From Candidatus Woesearchaeota archaeon (GTDB lineage: Archaea > Nanobdellota > Nanobdellia > Pacearchaeales > GW2011-AR1): DNA of 64,000 nucleotides. Shown piece by piece: positions 52,221-61,487 of this stretch. Below the pieces are notes generated by a model that saw only the letters and a list, made by a program, of their open reading frames with translations, did not search any database and was not told the origin of the DNA. The translations under genes were made by a program, and so were the position numbers. Positions within the stretch are counted from its first letter, which is position 1. Every line of letters begins with the position of its first letter. The stretch is from assembly GCA_964608765.1 (NCBI GenBank), contig CAZSPD010000001.1:70912-134911 (forward strand), written 5' to 3'.

Positions 52221-53690
52221 TTAATTTTTAGTTTTTGATTTATTTTCTTCTTCAGGCCTCATTAAAGGAAAAATAACACACTCTCTAAGGGGTTTATCCA
52301 TTAAAAATGCAAATAATCTTTCACTTAATCCAAACCCGCATGTAGGAGGCATACCATATTTAAGAGCTTCAACAAAACTTTTATCATGGTCCATACTTTC
52401 TTCATCTCCTGCCTCTTTTTGTTTTGCCTGTTCCTTAAATCTTTCTTCTTGATCTAAAGGGTCATTTAATTCTGAATACCCATTACCAACTTCACTTCCT
52501 GCAATTATAACTTGAAATTGCTGAACCTTCCTTATGTCTTTTGGATTTCTCTTTGCTAGCGGAGTAAGTTCAACTGGTTGCCCTGTTAAAAACCCTGGAC
52601 CAGATAATCTTTTTCTACAATACTTCCAAAGTTGATCAACTAATCTCCATTTTTCAAGAGAATCATCATAATCTACTTTTAATTCATCTAATTTTTTCTT
52701 TATCTCCCCAATATTTGCTTTGTAAATATCTATTTTTGTTTCTTTTTTTATTAAAGATTCAAAATCATATACTTCCCATTTTTTTGAGAAATCTACTTTA
52801 TGTCCGTGTATTTCAAACTTTAATTTTCCAAAAACATCCTTTGCAATTTTCTTATACATTTCTTCAACAAGTTTCATTCCATCTTCATAATTTGCATATC
52901 CCCAGTAAAATTCCATTTGAGTGTAATCTTGTAAGTGTTCCATGTCCATCCCTTCATTTCTAAATTGCCTTCCAATTTCAAATGTTTTTTCATATCCTGC
53001 AACCATAAGTTTTTTTTGCCACAACTCCCCCATTGAGATTCTCAAATAAACATCTATATCTAGTGCATTATGATGAGTTGTAAATGGCCTAGCTGTTGCA
53101 CCTCCTGCAGAAGTTTCAAGAATAGGAGTTTCAACTTCTAAAAATCCTTTTTCAATAAGAAAACTCCTTATTGTATTCCAGAATTTAGATTTTTTAATAA
53201 ACATTTCTTTAATTTCTTCATTCATTAATATATCCAAATATCTTTTTCTGTATCTATCCTCATCATTTTGTAATCCTTTCCATTTTTCAGGAAGAGGAAG
53301 AATAGATTTTGAAATTATTTCAATACTCTTTACAAGAATAGAAATTTCACCTGTTTTTGTTTTTATTATCTCTCCTTCAACTCCAACAAAATCTCCACTA
53401 TCAACATATTTTTTAAAAAATTCTCTTGATTTTTCAGGTGTTATTTTTTCTTGAAGAACTAATTGAACATCTCCTGTTCCATCTCTTAAAACACAGAAAG
53501 CAATTTTTCCTAAATCCCTTTTAGTCATTAATCTTCCAGCTGTTTTAACTTTTGTTTTCAATTTACTTTGAGAACACTCTAAACACGTTTGCTTTTTAAG
53601 ATATTTGTTAGGATAAGGGTCTGTTCCTTCTTTTTTTAATTCACCAAGTTTCCTTATTCTTTCACCCACTATTTGTTCTTCACGCCCCAT
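52221..53690 (-). CDS. lysS: lysine--tRNA ligase, class II
   Basis: Collinear with bacterial LysS by eye: OB-fold region AGRLMTKRDLGKIAFCVLRDGTGDVQL, RYRKRYLDIL, EVETPIL, ARPFTTHHNALDIDVYLRI, FEIGRQFRNEG. Confidence 0.9.
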   Translation of the reverse strand: MGREEQIVGERIRKLGELKKEGTDPYPNKYLKKQTCLECSQSKLKTKVKTAGRLMTKRDLGKIAFCVLRDGTGDVQLVLQEKITPEKSREFFKKYVDSGDFVGVEGEIIKTKTGEISILVKSIEIISKSILPLPEKWKGLQNDEDRYRKRYLDILMNEEIKEMFIKKSKFWNTIRSFLIEKGFLEVETPILETSAGGATARPFTTHHNALDIDVYLRISMGELWQKKLMVAGYEKTFEIGRQFRNEGMDMEHLQDYTQMEFYWGYANYEDGMKLVEEMYKKIAKDVFGKLKFEIHGHKVDFSKKWEVYDFESLIKKETKIDIYKANIGEIKKKLDELKVDYDDSLEKWRLVDQLWKYCRKRLSGPGFLTGQPVELTPLAKRNPKDIRKVQQFQVIIAGSEVGNGYSELNDPLDQEERFKEQAKQKEAGDEESMDHDKSFVEALKYGMPPTCGFGLSERLFAFLMDKPLRECVIFPLMRPEEENKSKTKN

Positions 53691-53734
53691 GCTTATAAAT
53701 AAAATTATTTAGTTTTTATATTTAATCTTTATAT

Positions 53735-54025
53735 TTAATTTTTATTTTTTAATTTAAAATGAATAAATAATCCAACTATACTTATTAAGAATAAAATTGC
53801 CCCAGATAAACTGTAGTTATTTGGATCTAATCCCTTAATAACATTTCCAGAAACATTTGTTGAAATAAGGAGTATACTAATCACAAACATAATTCCAAAC
53901 ATACTTAAAATAATTTTACTTCTATAAGACATTGGTTTAGTATCCTGATAATCTTTATTTTGAATTTTAGCTTCGCTTAACTTAGGATTCTCTTTAAAAT
54001 CATACACTCTGTATTCTTGCTTCAT
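53735..54025 (-). CDS. small membrane protein (2 TM)
   Basis: 96-aa ORF with two hydrophobic helices. Has a 4-nt overlap with rnhA. Confidence 0.4.
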   Translation of the reverse strand: MKQEYRVYDFKENPKLSEAKIQNKDYQDTKPMSYRSKIILSMFGIMFVISILLISTNVSGNVIKGLDPNNYSLSGAILFLISIVGLFIHFKLKNKN

Positions 54026-54456
54026 TTTTTTCTAATAAATCTTTGCTTTCTATATCCCTGATTATCTAGCTCTTCATTTAAAATTTCATCTACAATCTTT
54101 TGGAATTTATCTGTTCTTGGAACGTGAATATATTTTATTTTTTTAAAATTCTCTTGGAGTTTCTGCACCTTCAAAAACAAAGGAAGTATTCTTTCATTTT
54201 TGACTTTATACTCTCCAAGCAATTGTTTAACTACAAGCTCAGAATCTAAAAAACAAGTTAATTCATTTTTAGTAACGTGAGAAGCTAATTCTAATGCTAA
54301 AATTAGTCCTTCATACTCAGCTACATTATTAGTAGTATTTTCACCTATAAATTTACTTGACTTTGTTAAAATATTTCCTTGCTTCCTTACAATTGCAGCA
54401 ACTGCCCCTGGCCCTGGATTACCTCTAGCACCTCCATCACTATTTGTACATATCAT
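54022..54456 (-). CDS. rnhA: ribonuclease HI (type 1)
   Basis: DGGARGNPGPGAVAAIV...TNNVAEYEGLILALELA is the RNase H1 catalytic core pattern. Confidence 0.85.
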   Translation of the reverse strand: MICTNSDGGARGNPGPGAVAAIVRKQGNILTKSSKFIGENTTNNVAEYEGLILALELASHVTKNELTCFLDSELVVKQLLGEYKVKNERILPLFLKVQKLQENFKKIKYIHVPRTDKFQKIVDEILNEELDNQGYRKQRFIRKK

Positions 54457-54570
54457 TATTATAAATTTATTACAATGGGGTTTATAAAATATTCTCGAAT
54501 ATAACTCCCACTATAAAGAATTTTTTATTATTGTTTCTTAATTGAAAAATAAAACTAATTTTACTTAGAG

Positions 54571-54846
54571 TTATATATGTAATATTTTGAAACCCTTAAA
54601 GTCTTGAAACTTTTCTGAACGCATATCTACCCCTCTTATTTGAGAGTGTTTATGCCCTTTTTTACATATTTCAACAACTTTGTCAACATCAGAGGAGTTT
54701 CCTTCTAAAAAAATTTCAACTCTACCATCCTCAAGATTTCTTACAAATCCCTTTACATTATGCCTTTCTGCATTTTCTTTAACAAATCCTCTAAAGAAAA
54801 CATCCTGCACTGTTCCATCAATATACATTCTTACAGCTTTTTTCAT
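54571..54846 (-). CDS. acyP: acylphosphatase
   Basis: 91 aa. GTVQDVFFRGFVKENAERHNVKGFVRNLEDGRVEIFLEG is the acylphosphatase signature. Confidence 0.88.
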   Translation of the reverse strand: MKKAVRMYIDGTVQDVFFRGFVKENAERHNVKGFVRNLEDGRVEIFLEGNSSDVDKVVEICKKGHKHSQIRGVDMRSEKFQDFKGFKILHI

Positions 54847-54915
54847 ATTCTCTAGTACACTACATTATATTTAAAGAGATTATTAAACATTTTGATACAC
54901 CCCATTTACACAAGT

Positions 54916-55515
54916 TTAAATTCCTCTATAATCTAATTCATTATTTACAGCTGCAATTGTTTGTGAAGCAAAATATGTTTTATCTCCAATAGAAACTAAT
55001 CTACATATTTTCTTTAATCTTTTTAATTCTTTTTTTGGGAGCCCTTTATGGTCCCCAACTATAAATACACATTTTTCAGGAATTTTTGCTTCCCTTATAT
55101 TTTCTCCTTCTTTATCTAAAATAAATATTGTATTTCCTTCCTTAACTAATTCTTCAATAACATCTAAGAAACTTTTTTTCTCAATAAAACATCCTGGGAC
55201 AACTTCTGTTTTTTTACCTTCTTTATACTTATATAAAATCTTTTTAATTAAATTTCCAACATCTTTTTTAGATATCTCTGTACTATCTTCAACTTGGATT
55301 TCAATATGCTTTGGGGGGTCAGGCATTCCATAAAAAACAAAATGAAATTTTACATCTTTTCTAAACCCCCGAGACAAAAATACTCCTTGTATTAAACTAT
55401 GTATAGCAATATCCATTCTACCTGCTTTCATTAAATTTCCACCCTTTTCAGAGTATTTTGAAAGATAATTTCCTGATGTTGCAGCTGAACCTGAAAAATA
55501 CACAAATTGCCTCAT
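54916..55515 (-). CDS. trmY: tRNA (pseudouridine54-N1)-methyltransferase TrmY (SPOUT, DUF358)
   Basis: GRMDIAIHSLIQGVFLSRGFRKDVKFHFVFYGMPDPPKHIEI closely resembles the Mj1640/TrmY family. Confidence 0.8.
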   Translation of the reverse strand: MRQFVYFSGSAATSGNYLSKYSEKGGNLMKAGRMDIAIHSLIQGVFLSRGFRKDVKFHFVFYGMPDPPKHIEIQVEDSTEISKKDVGNLIKKILYKYKEGKKTEVVPGCFIEKKSFLDVIEELVKEGNTIFILDKEGENIREAKIPEKCVFIVGDHKGLPKKELKRLKKICRLVSIGDKTYFASQTIAAVNNELDYRGI

Positions 55516-55565
55516 ATTAATTTATAAATCCCATTCTTTAAGAATATTTTGGGATTAATAATACT

Positions 55566-56333
55566 ATGGGAAAAGAATTATTTAAACTATCTAAAGAACT
55601 AGGAATAAATTCCAGATACCTCACAGAAGAAGAATTTATTCACTACAGGGGTAACCGCCCAAAAAAAGACGACATGTTAAATTATCTTTTAGAAATTAAT
55701 AAGGCTATAGAAGAAGATATTATTCTAATAGGAGGATTCTGCCTTCACCCTTCTTTATTAGGACACAGAACAATAAGAAGAATAAGTAATGATTTAGATT
55801 GTATTACTACAAAACAAGGGATAATTTCATTACACAATTCTTTTAAAAATAAAATATTTTTAACTCTAAATTATAAAGATATTTTTCTAGACTATAAAGG
55901 AGTTCCATTTGGATTTGACATTAAAGACACTCATGGGTGGGAGATTCCAGATGATTTCTATTTAGATACAAGAGAATTTAAATTTAAAGAGACTAATTTA
56001 AAAACCATTTCTCCAGAATATTTAATTGCTCTAAAAGCTAGAAGAAGCAATTTAAAAGGAAGGATTTACGGGAAAGACAGATTAGACACAGTTGCTTTAA
56101 TTGTTGCTCCTTACTTTAAAAATAATCTTAAAAAAGTTGATTTAGAAAAATCGTCTGAATTAATTAGAAAACATTCTGCTTTAGATTATCCTGACGCACT
56201 AAGCTACATAGGCTCACTTAAACAGGGAACTTCTCAATTAAATAAACTAGAAAAAGAAATATTCTCACAAGAACACAACCAGTTTTTAAATAACTTAAAA
56301 AAATCTTATAATTCTTATAATTCTTTTACTTAA
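55566..56333 (+). CDS. hypothetical protein, possible minimal nucleotidyltransferase (AbiEii-like) fold
   Basis: LIGGFCLHP...RRISNDLDCIT (G-G...D-x-D) and ALKARR...GKDRLDTVALI loosely match the NTase/AbiEii pattern. Weak. Confidence 0.3.
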   Translation: MGKELFKLSKELGINSRYLTEEEFIHYRGNRPKKDDMLNYLLEINKAIEEDIILIGGFCLHPSLLGHRTIRRISNDLDCITTKQGIISLHNSFKNKIFLTLNYKDIFLDYKGVPFGFDIKDTHGWEIPDDFYLDTREFKFKETNLKTISPEYLIALKARRSNLKGRIYGKDRLDTVALIVAPYFKNNLKKVDLEKSSELIRKHSALDYPDALSYIGSLKQGTSQLNKLEKEIFSQEHNQFLNNLKKSYNSYNSFT

Positions 56334-56343
56334 AATACAGGCT

Positions 56344-57222
56344 TTATTTGCGAATTTCCTGCATAACAAATTCAGGTTTAGCAAATATTTCTTTTCCTCT
56401 AAATATTTTATACATTCCCACAAACCTGTCTTCACAAAATACACTTACAATTGAATTTATTCCCCACCCTTTATCTTCAATTAAATCTTTTTTATGTATA
56501 GGTTTTCCAGTTAATATTTGCTTTAAATTATCTTCTTCTATTTTTACAATAGGGTAAACTTTTGTAACAATCTCAGCAGGAATAATAATTTTCCTCAATA
56601 ATTCTTCATTTCCATTTCTATATTCTTTAACTGCTTCTTCAAATTCATAAATATTAATAGAACACTCTTCACTAAAAATACCTGCACTAATTCTCCTTAA
56701 CTCTAACATATGTGCTCCTACCCCTATTTCTTTACCCAAATCATCTATTAATTTTCTTATATAAGTTCCACCTTCACATTTTACTTTAAACAAAATATTT
56801 TTATCTTTTTTTTCAAGTAATTCAAATGAATAAATCTCCCTTTGCCTATTTTGCCTTTTAACTCTTGATTTAACAGGGGGCATCTGAGTTATTTTTCCCA
56901 TGAATTTATCTTGGATAGTTTTTCTAATTAATTCAGTATCAACATCTTGGTGAATTCTCATAACACCTACATACTCTTTATCTTCTCCTAAAAAATACCC
57001 TGTAAGCTTACATGCTCTATTTAATGCAATAGGTAAAACTCCTGTAACTTTAGGGTCAAGTGTTCCAAAATGAGATGTTTTTCTTAATTTCAAACCCTTG
57101 CACACAAACTCCGAAACACTAAAGCTAGTGGGTCCAGAAGGTTTATCTAAATTAATTATTCCAAATTCAAGTAGTTCCTTAAGTGATTTCTTGTTTTTTA
57201 TTTGTTCTAAATCCATAACCAT
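56344..57222 (-). CDS. cbf5: H/ACA RNP pseudouridine synthase Cbf5 (TruB family) with PUA domain
   Basis: INLDKPSGPTSFSVSEFV...HFGTLDPKVTGVLPIALNRACKL is the TruB catalytic Asp motif. C-terminal PUA-like region. Confidence 0.9.
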   Translation of the reverse strand: MVMDLEQIKNKKSLKELLEFGIINLDKPSGPTSFSVSEFVCKGLKLRKTSHFGTLDPKVTGVLPIALNRACKLTGYFLGEDKEYVGVMRIHQDVDTELIRKTIQDKFMGKITQMPPVKSRVKRQNRQREIYSFELLEKKDKNILFKVKCEGGTYIRKLIDDLGKEIGVGAHMLELRRISAGIFSEECSINIYEFEEAVKEYRNGNEELLRKIIIPAEIVTKVYPIVKIEEDNLKQILTGKPIHKKDLIEDKGWGINSIVSVFCEDRFVGMYKIFRGKEIFAKPEFVMQEIRK

Positions 57223-57316
57223 CTTAAGATTTAATAATTTAAAAGATTAATCTATGTTTTTTGAATATACATTACAATATATAGTTTAAAGTATATATTC
57301 AACAATTCAGATAAAA

Positions 57317-58024
57317 TTATATTTCTCCTTTAAGATATTTTTTTCGTTCTTCCTCAGGAAACTTTTCTATAGAATACCTTAACATTGTTCTAGGCATTTC
57401 CTTATATCTTTCTTTTAAAAATATCTTTAATACTTCTTTATTTCTTTTTCCAACTTCTCTAAGCATCCATCCTACAGCCTTATGTATTAAATCGTGTTCA
57501 TCATTTAATAGGGTTTTAGAAATAGCAAGTGTCTCCCCAAATATTCTTTTTTTTATAAATGCGTGAGTTGAAACAATAGCTATTCTCCTTTCCCACATGT
57601 TTTTAGATTTTGCAAGAAATCTTATTATTTCACTTCCATCAACACTTGAAAAATCTCCAACAATATTTGGTGCACTTAAATCAACTAAATCCCAATTATT
57701 TATATTATGGGTATTTTTTAAATAAAACTCAAATATTTGTCTTTGCTTTAGTTTATCTTTTTTAGATTTATTATACTTATTTGTAAGTATTATTAACGCA
57801 ATTAATCTGTGTTCGTGTATTTTGCTATTTAAAAGAACCTGTAAATCTTTAAAGGATAATTCAGTATATTTTTTTGCAATTGTTCTTTGAATAGGAACTT
57901 TTATTCCTATAAATATATCTCCTTCCCCATACTCCCCTTTACCTGTTTTAAAATATCTTTGAAGGGTTTTAGCTTGTTCAGGATTTTTAGCTTTATCAAT
58001 CTCTTTTTTTAATTCATCTAACAT
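57317..58024 (-). CDS. DNA alkylation repair protein (AlkD-like HEAT-repeat glycosylase family)
   Basis: AKTLQRYFKTGKGEYGEGDIFIGIKVPIQRTIAKKY and NNWDLVDLSAPNIVG are typical of the DNA_alkylation family. Confidence 0.75.
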   Translation of the reverse strand: MLDELKKEIDKAKNPEQAKTLQRYFKTGKGEYGEGDIFIGIKVPIQRTIAKKYTELSFKDLQVLLNSKIHEHRLIALIILTNKYNKSKKDKLKQRQIFEFYLKNTHNINNWDLVDLSAPNIVGDFSSVDGSEIIRFLAKSKNMWERRIAIVSTHAFIKKRIFGETLAISKTLLNDEHDLIHKAVGWMLREVGKRNKEVLKIFLKERYKEMPRTMLRYSIEKFPEEERKKYLKGEI

Positions 58025-58097
58025 CTTTAGATAACAAAAACATTTTAGTTTTTATATTTAATTTAACTTTTTAATATAGTATAATCTTGAAATAGAT

Positions 58098-58670
58098 TTA
58101 TTTCTGAAGCGCTACTCTAACTGGCTTAGACGCTTTTTTAGGTTTTTCAGTTTGATGTTTTGCTTGTTTTGCCTTATCTTTTTGGAATTGTTGAGTTTCT
58201 TCTATACTTGCTTTTTCTTTTTCAGCTTTTTCTTCTTTTTTCTTTTCATCATCTTTATCTTCAGCAGGTTTTTGCATTGATTCCTTCATTTTTTGCATCA
58301 TACTCTTTTTACTTTCAAGTCCTTCAAGAGCTACTTTTTTCATCTTTTCCTCTCTTAATTTCTTAAATTTAAGAACATCAGGATAATCTACAAGATAAGC
58401 TGTAACTATTCCCTTTTCTTTTACTGCTTTTACTTTTATTTTATGAGGATGTTTTTTTATACCTCTAGCCCATAGAAATTGATTCAAATCTTTGTCAAGT
58501 TTTACTTTTTTTAAATCTCTATTCTCTACTCCCATGTGTCTAGCTAAGAATTCTTTTATTGTTTTTATTGCCTTAGGAGTTTTTCTATACCTTGGGACAA
58601 CCATACTTTTTTCTCTTAGAGGTATTACATACTCTCTTTCAATTTTAGTGTCTTGTTTTTTTTCAGCCAT
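58098..58670 (-). CDS. rpl31e: 50S ribosomal protein eL31 with ~95-aa Lys/Glu-rich C-terminal extension
   Basis: REYVIPLREKSMVVPRYRKTPKAIKTIKEFLARHMG...VKLDKDLNQFLWARGIKKHPHKIKV is the eL31 core. The second half is K/E/M-rich. Confidence 0.88.
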   Translation of the reverse strand: MAEKKQDTKIEREYVIPLREKSMVVPRYRKTPKAIKTIKEFLARHMGVENRDLKKVKLDKDLNQFLWARGIKKHPHKIKVKAVKEKGIVTAYLVDYPDVLKFKKLREEKMKKVALEGLESKKSMMQKMKESMQKPAEDKDDEKKKEEKAEKEKASIEETQQFQKDKAKQAKHQTEKPKKASKPVRVALQK

Positions 58671-58671
58671 T

Positions 58672-59130
58672 TTAATTCTTTCCTATTTCTTTAATCGAAT
58701 CAGTTTTTTTATTAAAAACCTCTCTTAGCACATATCCCCATTCACTTTGAAACATAAATTTTATTGCATCTGCTTCTGAAGGGTCATCAAAAGTATTCAA
58801 ATATATTGCAACTCTGTGCCTATCTTTTTTGTAATTTGCTTCTACAATTGCTTTTCCTTGCGGACCTTCATATATTATTGTTTCTTTGTAATCTTTATAC
58901 CCAGGAGTATTTTCAAAAAACTTTTTTTCTTTTGGAGAAATTTTATTTATTCTTTTCCATCCATATGGATACAAGTTTACATCACTAAAATCAGGTTTTC
59001 CATTAACTACAAACAATCTTACTTCATTTTCATGAGGATTTTCCTGAATATCTTCTAAAGATAATTTACTTTCCAGTGATCTATTACTATATATATTGTG
59101 CCTTGAATATTTTGGATTTTGATTAATCAT
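58672..59130 (-). CDS. hypothetical protein inserted between rpl39e and rpl31e
   Basis: 152-aa clean ORF, tightly packed (1-nt gaps on both sides). No motif recognised. Confidence 0.45.
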   Translation of the reverse strand: MINQNPKYSRHNIYSNRSLESKLSLEDIQENPHENEVRLFVVNGKPDFSDVNLYPYGWKRINKISPKEKKFFENTPGYKDYKETIIYEGPQGKAIVEANYKKDRHRVAIYLNTFDDPSEADAIKFMFQSEWGYVLREVFNKKTDSIKEIGKN

Positions 59131-59131
59131 T

Positions 59132-59335
59132 TTATCCTAAATGTGATTTCCTCCCTTTTCTTGGTTTAATATGAAGTTTTGTTCTTCTCCAAGACCTTTT
59201 TCTATTAGTCATAACTGAAGGATGTACTTTTTTTCCTTGTCCATATTTTTTAAGCACAGCCCAAACAGGAGCCCATTTTGTCTGCTTTGCTTTTTTTGCA
59301 AGAATCTTTTTTTTATGTTTATTTTTTATAGGCAT
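59132..59335 (-). CDS. rpl39e: 50S ribosomal protein eL39
   Basis: KKAKQTKWAPVWAVLKKYG...RKRSWRRTKLHI matches the eL39 pattern (AK..n..vP.W........rr.WRRtkL). Confidence 0.85.
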   Translation of the reverse strand: MPIKNKHKKKILAKKAKQTKWAPVWAVLKKYGQGKKVHPSVMTNRKRSWRRTKLHIKPRKGRKSHLG

Positions 59336-59336
59336 T

Positions 59337-59765
59337 TTACTTTACTCCTTCTAAGAATTTTTTCCCTTTGTCAGTTAATATTCTTCCTGGTTTTTTACTT
59401 TTTACACCTCTTATTGGTTTTTGGATTTCAGTAAATCCTGCTTTATCTGATTGTTGTAATATCACTCTAATTATTTTTCCAGAGCCCTTTGAGAATTTCT
59501 CAGGTTTAAATCCTCTATTCTTTTTTGAGCCGTACTTTGTCCTTAATCTTTGAACTCCTACTGAACCTGTTTTGTAAATATTTCTTAAAACAGAAGCTGT
59601 TCTTTTATACCAAAAATCTTCATCATCTATAGGCCTTTCTTTTCCTGCACCTGATTTTACAAATTTAGCCCATTCAGGTTCTTTAAATTCAGGCATTTTC
59701 TTTAAAGCTTCTGCTAACCTTAAATTATATTCCTGAGCTTTCATATCATACACCGGGTTTTCCAT
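59337..59765 (-). CDS. rps19e: 30S ribosomal protein eS19
   Basis: PEWAKFVKSGAGKERPIDDEDFWYKRTASVLRNIY...GVQRLRTKYGSKKNRGFKPEKFSKGSGKIIRVILQQ is the eS19 signature. Confidence 0.9.
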   Translation of the reverse strand: MENPVYDMKAQEYNLRLAEALKKMPEFKEPEWAKFVKSGAGKERPIDDEDFWYKRTASVLRNIYKTGSVGVQRLRTKYGSKKNRGFKPEKFSKGSGKIIRVILQQSDKAGFTEIQKPIRGVKSKKPGRILTDKGKKFLEGVK

Positions 59766-59930
59766 CTTAATTTCTAACTAATTTACTTGGCTTGTCTCTC
59801 GACAATAGATTAACTCTTTGAGTTATTTACCTATAAGTTAGGATTAAACAGGGTTTATAAATTATTTGGTAGAAGAAACGACTGAATAAGTGAAACGAGG
59901 ATATAGATGAAACAGAAAACAGGACATTAA

Positions 59931-60200
59931 TTAAGAAGATAGTACTTTCAAATCTTTACTCATATCTCTTCTCCACTTCTTAATAACTATAGTGTATCCT
60001 ATTATTCTTGAAGTGTAATGGCTTCCGAGATTTTTCATTATTTTTTCATCAATCTCTTTTAATTCTTCTCTATCTCTACAGCAACTCTTTAATACAGATA
60101 CTTTAACATTCTTTGTACTATCAAAATGCTGTCTAAGATTAGACATAAATTGCTCACTCACACCATTTTTCCCTAATTGTATTTGTCTCATTGCAGGCAT
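59931..60200 (-). CDS. YhbY/CRM-domain RNA-binding protein
   Basis: IQLGKNGVSEQFMSNLRQHFDSTKNVKVSVLKSC... is the CRS1/YhbY pattern. Confidence 0.7.
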   Translation of the reverse strand: MPAMRQIQLGKNGVSEQFMSNLRQHFDSTKNVKVSVLKSCCRDREELKEIDEKIMKNLGSHYTSRIIGYTIVIKKWRRDMSKDLKVLSS

Positions 60201-60246
60201 TTTTATTATTTTTTATTCTCCTTTCTTATTTTCCTTTTTTAGTGTT

Positions 60247-60645
60247 TTAGTCTTGATTTGGGTTTTTATTTTGGATATACTTCTCAATATCTCTTTTCTT
60301 TACTTTAATTATCTTTGGGGTTTTTCTTATTCCCCATGTTCCACTTTTCATTGTTTTATTTTTATATACTTCTTTTCCTGTAAATTGATGAACATTTACA
60401 TTTTTTTTATTGTCTCTCCAGTCTTGACTTTTAGAAGCACAAATTATGGCAGCACTTTTTATTTCTTTTTTTGAAGGCTTAGGGTCTATTTTATCAATAA
60501 CACAAAAAGGACTTCCAGGATTAGCCGTGTGTAAGATTATATTCTCTTTTCCATTGTAAGAAGAAACTAACTCATCATTGTTTTTAGAATCTTTTCCTAA
60601 AAGTATTTTTGTTCCAGAAAAAAGAAAATATTCTCTAAATTTCAT
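60247..60645 (-). CDS. NFACT-R (DUF814) RNA-binding domain protein
   Basis: SGTKILLGKDSKNNDELVSSYNGKENIILHTANPGSPFCVI matches the DUF814 motif (i.vGrn...Nd.L....d.w.Ha....GshvvI). Confidence 0.7.
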   Translation of the reverse strand: MKFREYFLFSGTKILLGKDSKNNDELVSSYNGKENIILHTANPGSPFCVIDKIDPKPSKKEIKSAAIICASKSQDWRDNKKNVNVHQFTGKEVYKNKTMKSGTWGIRKTPKIIKVKKRDIEKYIQNKNPNQD

Positions 60646-60688
60646 ATATTAACTAAGAAAATATTCTTTAAAAATTCTATGAATAGTT

Positions 60689-61171
60689 TTATTTCTTTTT
60701 TATTAGCCAATTATTCACAATCTTTAAACACTTTTTTTGATTAGCCCAAGTAAGTGTTTTTAGAGCTTCATTAAAGTTTAACCACTTGTATCCATTATGT
60801 TCAATTGGATCTAGTTTTATTTTTTTATCGTCTTTTTCTACTTCAATTGCAAATAAATGATAGGTTTGTCCAACTTTATCAGGTCTATCCCATAATCTTT
60901 TAGCATACAAATACTCTCCTTTTTCTCTAAATCTTTTTACTTTTAATACCTTTAAGCCAGTTTCTTCTTCAACTTCTCTTATAGCAGCTCTTTTTTTACA
61001 TTCAAATCTTTCAATTTTTCCTTTTGGAAACTCCCACCCCTTCCAGTGCTTTTTTCTCTTAAGAATTAAATATTCTATTTTTCCTTCATCAGTTTTATAA
61101 TAAGTTACCCCAAAAACAGCTTTCCTATATTTTCCTTTTTTGTTTTTATCCTTATTATTTTTTTTCTTCAT
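60689..61171 (-). CDS. NUDIX hydrolase
   Basis: Nudix box GWEFPKGKIERFECKKRAAIREVEEETGL (GX5EX7REUXEEXGU). Confidence 0.88.
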   Translation of the reverse strand: MKKKNNKDKNKKGKYRKAVFGVTYYKTDEGKIEYLILKRKKHWKGWEFPKGKIERFECKKRAAIREVEEETGLKVLKVKRFREKGEYLYAKRLWDRPDKVGQTYHLFAIEVEKDDKKIKLDPIEHNGYKWLNFNEALKTLTWANQKKCLKIVNNWLIKKK

Positions 61172-61487
61172 TTTTTATTTCTTCTTTCTCCTTAAACATC
61201 TTAGTGATAACCATAATTCCAATGACACAGATTGCAGTAACACCTATTGCAGTTACAAATGCTCCTTGAGCAGGGCTTTTTTCTGAAACTTTTTTTACAA
61301 ATTCTGTAATTGCATCTCTCCAAGTAAGAGCAATTAAAAAACCAAATGCAGCAAGCATAGCTGTTCTCATCTCTTTTCTAAATTCTCTTTTAAATTCCTT
61401 TGCTTCACTTTTAGTTTTATCTTTTATTTTTTTAGCACTATTTTTACCTTTTTCAATTATTTCTTTTCTAGATATTTTCTTTACCAT
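61155..61487 (-). CDS. small membrane protein (2 TM, DUF5654-like)
   Basis: AMLAAFGFLIALTWRDAITEFV then a second TM. Abuts the RuBisCO stop codon. Confidence 0.45.
   Translation of the reverse strand: MVKKISRKEIIEKGKNSAKKIKDKTKSEAKEFKREFRKEMRTAMLAAFGFLIALTWRDAITEFVKKVSEKSPAQGAFVTAIGVTAICVIGIMVITKMFKEKEEIKNEEKK

Noticed and set aside
59766-59930. 165-bp spacer upstream of rps19e as a possible small RNA locus
   Set aside because: It contains a good TATA-like box (AATTTATAAACCC on the minus strand) that would simply give an ~85-nt leader for rps19e. I could not find convincing stems or C/D or H/ACA box arrangements.
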